Shown here: piece after piece, positions 44,169-54,710 of the stretch | Layout: every line of letters starts with the position of its first letter | Position numbering within the stretch: position 1 is the stretch's first letter | NCBI GenBank assembly: GCA_902461935.1 | Contig: CABPZP010000001.1 | Coordinates: 1,020-65,019 of the forward strand | Length of the DNA stretch: 64,000 nt | Direction: 5' to 3' | Origin: an uncultured Clostridium sp. | GTDB taxonomy: Bacteria > Bacillota > Clostridia > TANB77 > CAG-508 | Program-made: the position numbers and the translations under genes | Notes under the pieces: model-generated | Told to the model about the DNA's origin: nothing | The model's database searches: none | Seen by the model: only the letters and a program-made list of their open reading frames with translations

Positions 44169-44432
44169 TTATTTTCTAGATTCCACAATTAGTTTCATTC
44201 CAGTTCTATCTTCCCCCTCGACTTGAACCTCCGCAAATGCTGGTATACATACCAAATCAACTCCTGTTGGTGCTACAAATCCTCTTGCTATTGCTACTGC
44301 CTTAACTGCTTGGTTTAGTGCTCCTGCACCGATTGCTTGCATCTCTGCTCTACTACTTTCTTTTACTAACCCTGCTATTGCTCCTGCAATTGAATTTGGA
44401 TTAGATTTTGATGAAATTTTTAAAGTTTCCAT
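44169..44432 (-). CDS. spoVS: Stage V sporulation protein S
   Basis: 87 aa METLKISSKSNPNSIAGAIAG... Confidence 0.85.
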   Translation of the reverse strand: METLKISSKSNPNSIAGAIAGLVKESSRAEMQAIGAGALNQAVKAVAIARGFVAPTGVDLVCIPAFAEVQVEGEDRTGMKLIVESRK

Positions 44433-44563
44433 TTTTTCCTCCTATTATTAAAATATATTTGTACTTGCGACAGTTATATTTATAATACATCTGGAAAAAA
44501 TTGTAAATAATAATTTGGTAATTTTTACCATTTTGTATCGCGTTATATTACATTATTCGACAG

Positions 44564-45340
44564 TTATATTTTGTTATATCTTTCAATCTTTTCTATTTTA
44601 CCATTTTCGTCATTTATTTCAAAAATTATACTATTAAAAATACAATTTCCTTCTGCTAATTTATATCTTTCTGGTAAAGATGTTTCAAATCTTTTTATAG
44701 ATGCTTTTATATCCATTCCAATAACAGAATATTTTGGACCTGTCATTCCAATATCAGTTATATATGCTGTTCCTTTTGGAAGTACTGTTTCATCTGCTGT
44801 TTGTACATGAGTATGTGTTCCAAATATAATATTTGCTTTTCCATCTAAATAATAACCTAAGGCTATTTTTTCTGCTGTAGCTTCTGCATGAAAATCTACA
44901 ACAATTATATCTACGTTATTTTTTATTTTTTCTATTATGTCGTTTGCAACTGTAAATGGATTTTCTGAAAGAACCCCCATAGATGTTCTTCCTATTAAAT
45001 TTATAACTGCAATTTTTTTATTTTTACATTCAAAAATGTTATATCCCTTACCTGGATTTCCTCTTGAATAGTTTGCTGGTCGAATTATATTTTTCTCTTC
45101 ATTTATAAATGTAAATATATCTTTTTTCCCCCAAGTATGGTTTCCCATTGTTATAACATCTGCACCAGCTTCTATTAACTTATCGTATATTTTTCTAGTA
45201 ATTCCCATACCACCTGCTGAATTTTCTCCATTTACTATTATAAAATCTATATTTTTCTCTTTTTTAATTTTTCTTAGTTCAGATATAGCTTTTTTTACTC
45301 CATTTTCTCCAACTATATCTCCCACAGTTAAAATACGCAT
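44564..45340 (-). CDS. ymdB: YmdB-family (TIGR00282) metallophosphoesterase
   Basis: MRILTVGDIVG..GENSAGG..NHTWGK motifs; 258 aa. Confidence 0.75.
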   Translation of the reverse strand: MRILTVGDIVGENGVKKAISELRKIKKEKNIDFIIVNGENSAGGMGITRKIYDKLIEAGADVITMGNHTWGKKDIFTFINEEKNIIRPANYSRGNPGKGYNIFECKNKKIAVINLIGRTSMGVLSENPFTVANDIIEKIKNNVDIIVVDFHAEATAEKIALGYYLDGKANIIFGTHTHVQTADETVLPKGTAYITDIGMTGPKYSVIGMDIKASIKRFETSLPERYKLAEGNCIFNSIIFEINDENGKIEKIERYNKI

Positions 45341-45365
45341 TTTTTCACCTCTATTTTTCTTAGAT

Positions 45366-46175
45366 TTATTCTTCTATTTCTACGTATTGAATTTTTTTAT
45401 TAAATATTATAATTAATTCAAATATTGGTTTTAATAGCCAAATTCCAAGTCCAAAGAAAAATCCTTTTTCAAATGATTTTGCAAGTTCAAAGTTCATTAT
45501 AAGTTTTAAAATTCCATACATAAACCAACCTATTACAGGAATTAATAATAAGATTAACCACCAATAACTATATCCACATATTTTAAATAATACTCCATCT
45601 CTATAAACAGGAATAAATGTTACCCAAAAATGTCTTCTAGCTTTAACAAAAATTAATCCTTTTAAAATAATCATTATAATTGCATATATAATAACGACTG
45701 TTAAAACATTTTTCACAGTTTTATTGCTTAAAAGAATCTTGCCTACTATAGATGCTTTTTTAGTTGTTGACATATTTTCTTGCATATCTTTTAGAATTTC
45801 CTCAGCTGATTCACCATTATCTAATTTTTCTTTTACTTCATCTATATTAACATCTTCTAAAACTTCATTTATAGTACTTGCATCTGTTTGTCTTAATACC
45901 TTAGTTCCTGTTGAAATTGTATTACTGTTAATCCCACCTTGCTCTAGCTCTGCTGAATAACTATCTATCATATCAGCAATTTCATCGTTTGAGTATTCTT
46001 TGCTTAAATCTTGATACATATTTAAAATATCTGTTGATGTAATATTATTTACATTTATTTTTTTATCTTTAATATAGTTTTCAACCGCAGATGTATCTGT
46101 TGCAAATACACTATTTCCTACTCCTAAAATTAATATCATAAATATTGCTACCACTACTACTTTTAAATATTTCAT
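45366..46175 (-). CDS. Membrane protein with signal peptide and C-terminal multi-TM region
   Basis: 269 aa ORF; hydrophobic N- and C-terminal segments. Confidence 0.4.
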   Translation of the reverse strand: MKYLKVVVVAIFMILILGVGNSVFATDTSAVENYIKDKKINVNNITSTDILNMYQDLSKEYSNDEIADMIDSYSAELEQGGINSNTISTGTKVLRQTDASTINEVLEDVNIDEVKEKLDNGESAEEILKDMQENMSTTKKASIVGKILLSNKTVKNVLTVVIIYAIIMIILKGLIFVKARRHFWVTFIPVYRDGVLFKICGYSYWWLILLLIPVIGWFMYGILKLIMNFELAKSFEKGFFFGLGIWLLKPIFELIIIFNKKIQYVEIEE

Positions 46176-46288
46176 TTGTATACCTCTTTTCTATAATCTA
46201 TTTTTAAAATAAATCTGTCACATATTATACAATAAAATTAAAAACATTTCCATTGATTTCTATAAAAAAATAAATTATAATAAAAAAT

Positions 46289-47140
46289 ATGAAAGAATTA
46301 ATAGTAAATAAAAAATATAATAATAAAAAAATAGATGAATTTTTATATGGTAATTTTCCAGCACTAACCAAAGGTGTTTTATATAAAGCACTACGAAAAA
46401 AAGATATTCAAATAAATGGCAAACGTATTAATTCTATTCAAAATGTATTTGAAAACGATGTTGTTAAAATATATATTTTAGATGCCTTTTTAGAGTTAAA
46501 ACTTGAAATTGTTTATGAAGATGATAATATTTTAGTTATAAATAAACCTTCTGGAATTGAAGTTACAGGAGAAAATTCACTTACTACTTTTGTTCAAAAG
46601 CAAATATGTAAAACTGCTATGCCTTGCCATAGGTTAGATAGAAATACTTATGGTTTAATTTTGTTTGCAAAAAATAACGAATCTTTAAATATACTTTTTG
46701 ATAAATTTAAAAATAAAGAAATTGAAAAACATTATATTGCCTATTGCTATGGAATTCCAATAAAAAAGCAAGATAGATTAGAAAGTTTTTTGTTTAAAGA
46801 TAATAAAAAATCTATGGTATATATTTCAGACACTTTTAAAAAGGGTTATCAAAAAATAATAACGAATTATACTGTTTTGAAAGTAAATAAAGATAATAAA
46901 ACTTGTATTTTAGATGTAAATATAGAAACAGGTAAAACTCACCAAATACGTGCACATTTAGCTCATATAGGACTACCAATTATAGGTGATGGTAAGTATG
47001 GAATAAATGATATTAATAAGAAATTTGGATTTAAAACACAACAATTATGTAGTTATAAATTGATTTTTAATTTTAAAAATAATAATGGAATTTTGGATTA
47101 TTTAAATAAGAAACAAATTGTTTTGAATTATAAAAAATAA
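46289..47140 (+). CDS. RluA-family pseudouridine synthase
   Basis: HRLDRNTYGLILFAKN catalytic motif; 283 aa. Confidence 0.7.
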   Translation: MKELIVNKKYNNKKIDEFLYGNFPALTKGVLYKALRKKDIQINGKRINSIQNVFENDVVKIYILDAFLELKLEIVYEDDNILVINKPSGIEVTGENSLTTFVQKQICKTAMPCHRLDRNTYGLILFAKNNESLNILFDKFKNKEIEKHYIAYCYGIPIKKQDRLESFLFKDNKKSMVYISDTFKKGYQKIITNYTVLKVNKDNKTCILDVNIETGKTHQIRAHLAHIGLPIIGDGKYGINDINKKFGFKTQQLCSYKLIFNFKNNNGILDYLNKKQIVLNYKK

Positions 47141-47165
47141 GTCACACTTTTGTGCGACTTATTTT

Positions 47166-48953
47166 TTATCCTACTATTTCGTAAAATTCTCTTCCTGATA
47201 TTACTTCTTTTTCTAATAATTTTTTGGCTACTGCATTTAGTTCGTCCATATGTGCAAGTAGTATTTTTTGTGCATCGTTGTATGCTGTATCCATTAGTAT
47301 TTTTACTTCTGCACCTATTACATCTTCAATTTTTTCTCCATATATTAATAGTTCGTTTGGATCATCTGTTTTTAAAGATATTGGTCCTAAGTTTTCGCTC
47401 ATTCCATATACTGTTACCATATCTTTTGCAATTTTTGTAGCTACTTCTAGATCATTACTTGCACCTGTTGATATATCATCTAAAGCTATTTTTTCTGCTG
47501 CTCTTCCTCCTAATAGAGATATCATTTTTTCTTCCATTTCTGTTTTTGAAATATAGTATTTATCTTCATTTGTTTTGTACATTGTATATCCACCTGCAAC
47601 ACCTCTTGGTATTATAGATACTTCTTTTATGTCGTTTTGTGTTTCTAAGTATCTACTAACTATTGCATGTCCTGCTTCATGGAAGGCCGTTAATTTTTTG
47701 TCTTTATCTGATATTATTCTACTATGTTTTTCAAGTCCTACTGTGACTTTTTTTACTGCATCATCTAAGTCTTGATTTGTTATTGCTTCATGTTTGTTTA
47801 TTGTAGCTATTATTGCTGCTTCGTTTAAAACATTTGCAAGCTCTGCACCTGTAAATCCAGCTGTATCTTCTGATATTGTTTTTAAAGATACATCTTCTGC
47901 AAATTTTTTATCTTTACTATGAATTTTTAATATTTCTTCTCTTCCTCTTTGATCTGGGGCTGCTATCATTATTTGTCTATCAAACCTTCCTGGACGTAAA
48001 AGTGCTTGGTCTAACATTTCTGGTCTATTTGTTGCTGCTAAAACTATGATATTTTCTTCACTTTCAAATCCATCCATCTCTACTAGTAATTGATTTAGAG
48101 TTTGATTATTTTCAGATTCCGCACCACTGTTGCTTGTTCTTCTTGCTCCTATTGCATCTATTTCATCTATAAATATTATACATGGAGACATTTTTCTTGC
48201 TTTTTCAAATAATTTTCTAACTCTTGAAGCTCCAAGTCCTGCAAACATTTCTATAAACTCTGATCCACTCATTGATATAAATGGCACATTTGCCTCTCCA
48301 GCTATTGCCTTTGCTATTAATGTTTTTCCTGTTCCTGGCTTTCCACAAAGTAAAACTCCTCTTGGAACTTTTGCTCCCATTTTATGAAACTCTTCTGGTT
48401 TTTTTAAGAAATCAACAATTTCGGCTAATTCATGTTTTTCTTCATCTAAACCTGCTACATCATCAAATTTTGTTTTTGTATCTTTTTCTTCTGCATCATA
48501 TACTTTTCCTTTATCTCCTAAACCTTGCATTTGGAATAAAAGCACTATTAATGCAATCATTATTAATGTTGGAAGTAATGAAAATAAGTTTTGGGATATA
48601 GTTACTAATGGATTTACTTTATTTTGAATTAATTCAATTTCATTTCCTTCTTGTACTTTTGATTGTATTAATTCCATAAAAGTTTGTGTATTTGGAACTA
48701 TTGCCTTTTTTTCTTCATCTTCATTTTTTATTTTTACTTTTAGAGATGTACTTCCTACTGTCATTTCTATTTTTTCTATATTTCCTGCTTCAACTTGTTT
48801 TATTAAGTCTGTATATGCTAGTGTGTTTTCTTTATCTTTATTTTTGTTCATATAGAAGTATATTGCTATTGATGCTATTATTGCTAGTATTAGTAGTATA
48901 ATTCCTGCTATATACCATTTTGAGTTATTTTTCTTGTTTCCTTTTTTATTCAA
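47166..48953 (-). CDS. ftsH: ATP-dependent zinc metalloprotease FtsH
   Basis: Two TM segments, AAA+ module (GKPGTGKT), HEAGH zinc site. Confidence 0.9.
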   Translation of the reverse strand: MNKKGNKKNNSKWYIAGIILLILAIIASIAIYFYMNKNKDKENTLAYTDLIKQVEAGNIEKIEMTVGSTSLKVKIKNEDEEKKAIVPNTQTFMELIQSKVQEGNEIELIQNKVNPLVTISQNLFSLLPTLIMIALIVLLFQMQGLGDKGKVYDAEEKDTKTKFDDVAGLDEEKHELAEIVDFLKKPEEFHKMGAKVPRGVLLCGKPGTGKTLIAKAIAGEANVPFISMSGSEFIEMFAGLGASRVRKLFEKARKMSPCIIFIDEIDAIGARRTSNSGAESENNQTLNQLLVEMDGFESEENIIVLAATNRPEMLDQALLRPGRFDRQIMIAAPDQRGREEILKIHSKDKKFAEDVSLKTISEDTAGFTGAELANVLNEAAIIATINKHEAITNQDLDDAVKKVTVGLEKHSRIISDKDKKLTAFHEAGHAIVSRYLETQNDIKEVSIIPRGVAGGYTMYKTNEDKYYISKTEMEEKMISLLGGRAAEKIALDDISTGASNDLEVATKIAKDMVTVYGMSENLGPISLKTDDPNELLIYGEKIEDVIGAEVKILMDTAYNDAQKILLAHMDELNAVAKKLLEKEVISGREFYEIVG

Positions 48954-49041
48954 ATTTATTACATCCTTTCTAATTTAATTGATAAGATAAAAGATTTTCA
49001 TCTTTAATTTTCATATAATAATAATTAATATTAAATTATTA

Positions 49042-49218
49042 TTGTAGGGGCGACATCTGGTCGCCTTTTATAATTTTATTATGATGATCAATAACAGTCG
49101 ATACATCTATGAAGTCGTTTTTTCTGGTCGTCGAGCATTTCGGAGTTGTTCGAACGTATGTGAGATTACAAATCCGTTATACCTTTAGGTACGCCGACCC
49201 CCTACAATGTTTGACATT
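49042..49218. repeat. Inverted pair of family-A elements upstream of ftsH: reverse copy 49042-49066 and forward copy 49125-49218 carrying a 60-nt insertion inside its hairpin
   Basis: attgtaggg-gcgacatctggtcgcc ... ctggtcgtcgag[60 nt]ggtacgccgacccCCTACAATGTTTGACATT. Confidence 0.7.
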
Positions 49219-49233
49219 ATTTTTCTTTAAAGT

Positions 49234-50313
49234 TTAAGATTCTCCTGTGGCTGGGTTACCTTCATCATTTTTGTCTTTGTCTTCTAATTCTATTTTTCCT
49301 TCTTCTTCGCTTTTATCTTCTTTTTTGTTTTCTTCTTTTGGCTCTTCTTGTTTTTCTTCTGGCTTTTCATCTTTTTTTTGATTTTCTTCGTTTTCTTTTC
49401 TTATATTTTTTTGAACTTCTTCTATTTTTCCTATTACTATTTTTTCCTTTATTAGGTCTGACCTAATGCTTAATATTGCCGCAACCATACATATATAAGA
49501 AATTGTTGTGTACATTACTTCAAAGTATTTTATATAGAATCCTGTATAAGTATTTATTATTATATAAGCTACATTTAGTATTATTGGCAATGTTAAAGCA
49601 TGTATTGCCATTGCATATGAGGCTGAATATTTTAATTTTACTCTTACTATTCTTGCCGTTATTACTCCTAATAATGCTAGTATTAATGCATCTGTTAATA
49701 TTGAAATTGAATATGTTATATATAAATAAATATACATAACTACAAACATTTGAGCATATAACATATACATTTTATTATCTGTTATTTTATTTACTAATTC
49801 TGTTTTTGTAAATTCTTCTGATATTCCATAGCTATTTTGCATATCTGAATAAGTCTTTTCTACGTCTCCCTGCAAAAGTGAACTTCTAAATATAACTTTG
49901 TCTTTTAAAAATAATATTCCATAATTATATAATCCTATTTTTTCCTTGTAACTATTTATTTCTTCTTCATTTGCTGTTTGTGTATCTATTATTATTTTGT
50001 ATGAAATATCTTTTGTATCATCATTACTTTGTAATTCTATTTTTTTATTATCTTCAAACTCTAATTTTCCTTCTTTATAAGTAAATTCAGGTAATTCATT
50101 TTTTATATAGTTTGTAGCTTTGTTTATTATCATTCCATATTTTACACAAAAACTTAATGCAATAATTAATACAAAAAACAAGGCAAATTCAAAAAAATAT
50201 TTGAAAGATTTCGAAAGTTTTTCTATAGCAAATATTTTATATTTTTCAAAGTCCTTTATACTTATTAAAATTCTTTTCCAAAAAGATATTTTTTCATCAA
50301 CTTTTTCTTCCAT
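49234..50313 (-). CDS. Polytopic membrane protein with Lys/Glu-rich C-terminal tail
   Basis: 359 aa ORF; no family recognised. Confidence 0.4.
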   Translation of the reverse strand: MEEKVDEKISFWKRILISIKDFEKYKIFAIEKLSKSFKYFFEFALFFVLIIALSFCVKYGMIINKATNYIKNELPEFTYKEGKLEFEDNKKIELQSNDDTKDISYKIIIDTQTANEEEINSYKEKIGLYNYGILFLKDKVIFRSSLLQGDVEKTYSDMQNSYGISEEFTKTELVNKITDNKMYMLYAQMFVVMYIYLYITYSISILTDALILALLGVITARIVRVKLKYSASYAMAIHALTLPIILNVAYIIINTYTGFYIKYFEVMYTTISYICMVAAILSIRSDLIKEKIVIGKIEEVQKNIRKENEENQKKDEKPEEKQEEPKEENKKEDKSEEEGKIELEDKDKNDEGNPATGES

Positions 50314-51405
50314 TATTTATACTCCCTTCTTATGCGTGGATCTATATAAATAGGGTTTACTTCATAAACTGCTTTATCTCCAACTTTAACATTATTGTCC
50401 ACTATAACTGTTGAATGATACATTCCAAGTCTTCCTGCTAATTTGTAATTTTTATTATTTATATTTACTTTTAAATATTGCTCTTTGAAAAATCCTTTTA
50501 TATCATTTATTATATAACGTAATTTATCAACTTTTCTAAACATATCTCGGTTAGAACTTACATTAAATCCATCTGAGTGTCCAACAGGAATTATTGCCAC
50601 TTTTGTTTCTTTTTTTGTTAAATAAATATTTGAATATCCAATATTAAAATTAGCTGGCAATGTTCTTACTTCTGCAACTTTACTTTCTAATGTTCCTATT
50701 TTCTTTACTCCAATTTTATTTTCTACAGATAGTCTGCCCACAAATGCTGATCCTACTCTTACCGCATCTAAATGCATTTCTGGGAATTTTACAAATGCAG
50801 ATGAATTACATGCATGTTTTAATTTGAATTTAATATTATTTTCTTCTAAAAATTTTACAACATTCATAAATTTCTCAAATTGTTCTTTTGTTATTTTATC
50901 GTCATAAAAAGCTATTGAAAAATGTGTAAAAATCCCTTCAAATTCAATATTTGAATTTTGTTTTATTGTCTTTAATATATCATCTTTTTTAGTATAAACA
51001 AATCCGTATCTTCCAAAACCTGTATCTATTTTTAAGTGTGCTTTTATTTTTATATTTTTTTCGTTTGCTACCTCGTTTGCAATTTTAGCAGACTCTACTG
51101 AACCAATTGTTAAGGTTATATTATTTTCAATTAAACTTTGTACATCTTCTTTCAAACATGTTGAAGATAGCAATAAAATTTCTTCTTTTATTCCATTTTT
51201 TCTAAGTTCTAAAGCTTCTTCAATTGTTGCAACTGCAAATATTTCAATTCCGATTATCTATTAAAAACTTTGTTAATTTTACTAAATCTAAACCATAACC
51301 ATTAGACTTAACAACTGCAATTACTTTACTATCCTTTGCATATTTTTTTATTTGTCTAACATTATGTTTTAAATCTTCTTTGTTTATTACTAACTCTTTC
51401 AATTT
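50313..51405 (-). pseudogene. alr: Alanine racemase, interrupted by an apparent +1 frameshift near 51245-51252 (N-terminal fragment about 51247..51405 with TTG start after RBS aaggag; C-terminal ORF 50313..51173)
   Basis: Upstream fragment ..[21 protein letters not shown].. and downstream ..[33 protein letters not shown].. are contiguous alanine racemase sequence in two frames. Confidence 0.6.
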
Positions 51406-51437
51406 TATCTCCTTGTATTGTTATATTTTTTATATTG

Positions 51438-51476
51438 CGGGTCGTCGGGACGCCGACCCCTACAACGTTTAACATT
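51438..51476 (+). repeat. Family-A element between alr and the sortase-substrate gene
   Basis: gcgggtcgtcgggacgccgacccCTACAACGTTTAACATT. Confidence 0.8.
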
Positions 51477-51605
51477 AGTTTTGCAAAATAATAAATATTT
51501 TCAATAAATTAAATTTTCTTTCATATTTTACACTATTGTTTATTTTTTTACAAGACAAAAACCGCAAATATTTGCGGTTTTCTTTATTAATATCTTTGTA
51601 TATAT

Positions 51606-52766
51606 TTATTTTAATATTTTTTTATATTTTATATATTGAATTATACCAAAGGTAAAAATTATTCCAAATATAATTACAATTCTTGTTATTCCAGTTTTGG
51701 GAATTATTTTATTTGCCAAAGTGTTATCTACTATAGTTAAGCTTGCTTTATTTTCGTTTTTTACTGTTTGTTGTTTTTTGTTATTTTTTACTATAATATT
51801 TGTTTCTTTATTTGTATTTATATCTAACATTTTCCCATCGTTTGATACTATAAATGGAAATTCTTCATTATTAATTTCATATCCATCTGGTGCTTTTATT
51901 TGCTTTACTATATATCTCCCCGGAGTTAAGTTTTTAACAGAAAAAACTCCATTTTCATTTGTACTTTCTTCTAATATTTTATTTCCTTTTTCATCTTCTA
52001 ATATAAATGTTCCACCTCCTACTGGATTATTATTTATATCTGTATTTAATATTTCATAAGTATAATCTTCAATTTTAATATCAAATTGACTAAATTCTAT
52101 TTTTGATAATATTGCACAATCGTGTTGGCTATATGAAGATATCAATCCAAAATCATTTCCAACATTTAACGAATATTCCAATTTTTCGTTTACTATTTGT
52201 GTATCATTTTCTTTTATACTTATATTGGTAGGTGTTATTTCTATAACTAAATCATGTATTCCTGTATTATTTTTACTACATTTGCTAACAATCGTTCCAT
52301 ACATTTCAATTGTTTTATTTGGTGTAGTTTCAAATTCATCTATATTTATATTCTCTAATCTATATATAACAATTTCTTTTTCTTTAAAAAGTAGAACATA
52401 TCCTGTTAACTTGTTATTTACTATATTTGAATTAAATATTATACCAGCGCCATCTAGTGTATGGTAATTTGCTTGTGATTCATCTATTCTAAATGAAAAA
52501 GTTTTCTTGCCATTGTTTTTATATTTTTTATATAAAAAATCTTTATATGATACTACTCCATATCCATAAAAGTTAATTTTATCATCTTCTATTTTTATAT
52601 GTTCTCCATTATACGCTTTGTCATTTGTTGTAGTTCTTGTATGCCACTCCCAATAATTCTTTTCTTGCCATTCTTTCCAATTATTTGTTTCTGCCATTGT
52701 CTTAGAAGAGAAAAGAAACAAAATAATACTTATTAAAAAAATAATTTTTAAAAAAACTTTTTTCAT
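51606..52766 (-). CDS. Cell-wall-anchored surface protein (signal peptide; CnaB/SpaA-like fold; IPKTG sorting motif, TM, KYKK tail)
   Basis: C-terminus ..IIPKTG + hydrophobic stretch + KYKKILK; TPGRYIVKQIKAPDGYEI.. resembles CnaB-type domains. Confidence 0.6.
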   Translation of the reverse strand: MKKVFLKIIFLISIILFLFSSKTMAETNNWKEWQEKNYWEWHTRTTTNDKAYNGEHIKIEDDKINFYGYGVVSYKDFLYKKYKNNGKKTFSFRIDESQANYHTLDGAGIIFNSNIVNNKLTGYVLLFKEKEIVIYRLENINIDEFETTPNKTIEMYGTIVSKCSKNNTGIHDLVIEITPTNISIKENDTQIVNEKLEYSLNVGNDFGLISSYSQHDCAILSKIEFSQFDIKIEDYTYEILNTDINNNPVGGGTFILEDEKGNKILEESTNENGVFSVKNLTPGRYIVKQIKAPDGYEINNEEFPFIVSNDGKMLDINTNKETNIIVKNNKKQQTVKNENKASLTIVDNTLANKIIPKTGITRIVIIFGIIFTFGIIQYIKYKKILK

Positions 52767-52769
52767 CTT

Positions 52770-53699
52770 TTATCCTCTTTTTATCTTTTCTATTATTGCT
52801 TGTTTGTCTATTTTAAAGTATTTCATTAATTCTTCTGCTTTTCCAGATTTTCCAAAGCAATCGTTTATTCCCATTCTTTCTAGCTTTACTGGATATTTTT
52901 CTGTTAATACTTCAGCTATTGCTGAACCTAAGCCTCCAATTACATTGTGGTCTTCTATTGATATTAATCTTTTGGTTTCTTTAGCATTTTTTATTATTAT
53001 TTCTTCGTCTATTGGTTTTATAGTATGGAAATCCACAACTCTTATATTTATATTTTGTTTTTCTAATTCTTCTTTTGCTTTTATTGCCTCACTAACGGTT
53101 ACACCTGTTGCAAATATACATGCATCTGTTCCTTCCCCTGTTTGAATAGCTTTTCCAAATTCAAATTTCTGATTCTCATCATATATTATTGGAGTATTTA
53201 GCCTTGAAAGCCTTAAATATACTGGTCCATCTATTTTAGATATTTCTTTCACTGCCCATTTTGTTTGTGTATCATCAGATGTACTCATTACTTTTATGTT
53301 TGGCATTGTTCTCATTAATGCTATATCTTCTATCATTTGATGTGTTGCTCCATCTTCTCCTACTGTTATTCCACTATGTGTTGCACATATTTTTACGTTT
53401 AATTTTGGATAAGCTACACTATTTCGTATTTGGTCAAATGCTCTTCCTGCTGCAAATACCGCAAACGTGCTTGCATATGGTATTTTACCACAAGTTGAAA
53501 GTCCTGCTGCCGTTGATATCATATCTTGTTCTGAAATTCCCATATCGAAAAATCTATTTGGAAATTCCTTTGCAAATATTCCTGTTTTTGTTGCTTCTGC
53601 TAAATCTGCATCTAATACCACTACATTTTCGTTTTCTTTTCCTAATTCTAATAAGGCCTCTCCATAGCTTTGCCTTGTAGCTTTTTTTTCATCTTTCAC
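52770..53699 (-). CDS. Transketolase, C-terminal (pyrimidine-binding) subunit
   Basis: 309 aa; split two-gene transketolase as in many clostridia. Confidence 0.8.
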   Translation of the reverse strand: MKDEKKATRQSYGEALLELGKENENVVVLDADLAEATKTGIFAKEFPNRFFDMGISEQDMISTAAGLSTCGKIPYASTFAVFAAGRAFDQIRNSVAYPKLNVKICATHSGITVGEDGATHQMIEDIALMRTMPNIKVMSTSDDTQTKWAVKEISKIDGPVYLRLSRLNTPIIYDENQKFEFGKAIQTGEGTDACIFATGVTVSEAIKAKEELEKQNINIRVVDFHTIKPIDEEIIIKNAKETKRLISIEDHNVIGGLGSAIAEVLTEKYPVKLERMGINDCFGKSGKAEELMKYFKIDKQAIIEKIKRG

Positions 53700-53746
53700 A
53701 GCTATTCCTCCGTTTATAATTTTATTCTTCTAATAACTTTGTTTTT

Positions 53747-53785
53747 GCGGGCGGACAGAGACGTCCGCCCCTACATATTTGATAA
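53747..53785 (+). repeat. Family-A element in the spacer between the two transketolase subunit genes
   Basis: gcgggcggacagagacgtccgccCCTACATATTTGAT. Confidence 0.8.
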
Positions 53786-53856
53786 TTTTTATTTTTCATT
53801 TTTTATATTGCAGGTCACCTTAAAGACTCCAACAAATACGTTAAAATATCTTTTCC

Positions 53857-54678
53857 CTACTGTTTTAATTCTCTTAATGCAATTTCGTATTGTTCTTTAT
53901 TTGGAGCTTTTCCATGCCATTCAACTTGATTTTCCATAAAAGAAACACCTTTTCCTTTTATAGTTTTTGCAATAATAACTGTTGGCTTTCCTTTTACATT
54001 TCTTGCTACTTCAAAAGCTTTTAATATTTCCTCTATGTCGTTTCCATCTATATTTATTACTTGGAACCCAAAGCTTTTGAATTTTTCATCTATTGGATAT
54101 GAACTCATTACCTTATCTATTGGTCCATCTATTTGCAAATTGTTATTATCTACTATTACACATAAATTATCTAATTTATATTTATTTGCACTCATTGCAG
54201 CTTCCCAAACTTGACCTTCTTCTATCTCTCCATCTCCTAAAACGCAATATACTCTATAATTTTTATTATCAAGTTTTCCAGCTATTGCCATTCCATTTGA
54301 GGCAGATAATCCTTGACCTAAAGAACCTGATGTCATATCAACTCCTGGTACTTTATTCATATCTGGATGTCCTTGTAAATTACTGTTTATATTTCTAAAG
54401 GTTTCCAATTCATTTTTATTAAAAAAACCTTTTTCACTCAAAACGGCATATAATGCAGGTGAACAATGCCCCTTAGATAATACTAATCTATCTCTATTTT
54501 CCATTTTAGGATTTTTTTCATCTATATTCATTTCATTAAAATATAACACTGTTAAAATATCTGCAATAGATAAAGAACCACCCGGATGTCCAGATTGTGC
54601 TTTGTATACTTGTGTTACAATACTTTTTCTAATCTCTTTTGAGATTCTTTTTAATTCATTAATATCTGTTATTTTCAT
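53857..54678 (-). CDS. Transketolase, N-terminal (TPP-binding) subunit
   Basis: 273 aa; GDG..N TPP motif (CVLGDGEIEEG). Confidence 0.8.
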   Translation of the reverse strand: MKITDINELKRISKEIRKSIVTQVYKAQSGHPGGSLSIADILTVLYFNEMNIDEKNPKMENRDRLVLSKGHCSPALYAVLSEKGFFNKNELETFRNINSNLQGHPDMNKVPGVDMTSGSLGQGLSASNGMAIAGKLDNKNYRVYCVLGDGEIEEGQVWEAAMSANKYKLDNLCVIVDNNNLQIDGPIDKVMSSYPIDEKFKSFGFQVINIDGNDIEEILKAFEVARNVKGKPTVIIAKTIKGKGVSFMENQVEWHGKAPNKEQYEIALRELKQ

Positions 54679-54710
54679 ATTTTCTCCTAGATTATTTACA
54701 TATTATCTTT

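Noticed and set aside
49150-49175. GTTCGAA-containing segment inside the 60-nt insert, considered as a tRNA fragment
   Set aside because: No cloverleaf arms or T-loop consensus (GGTTCGAATCC) are present. It is not a tRNA.
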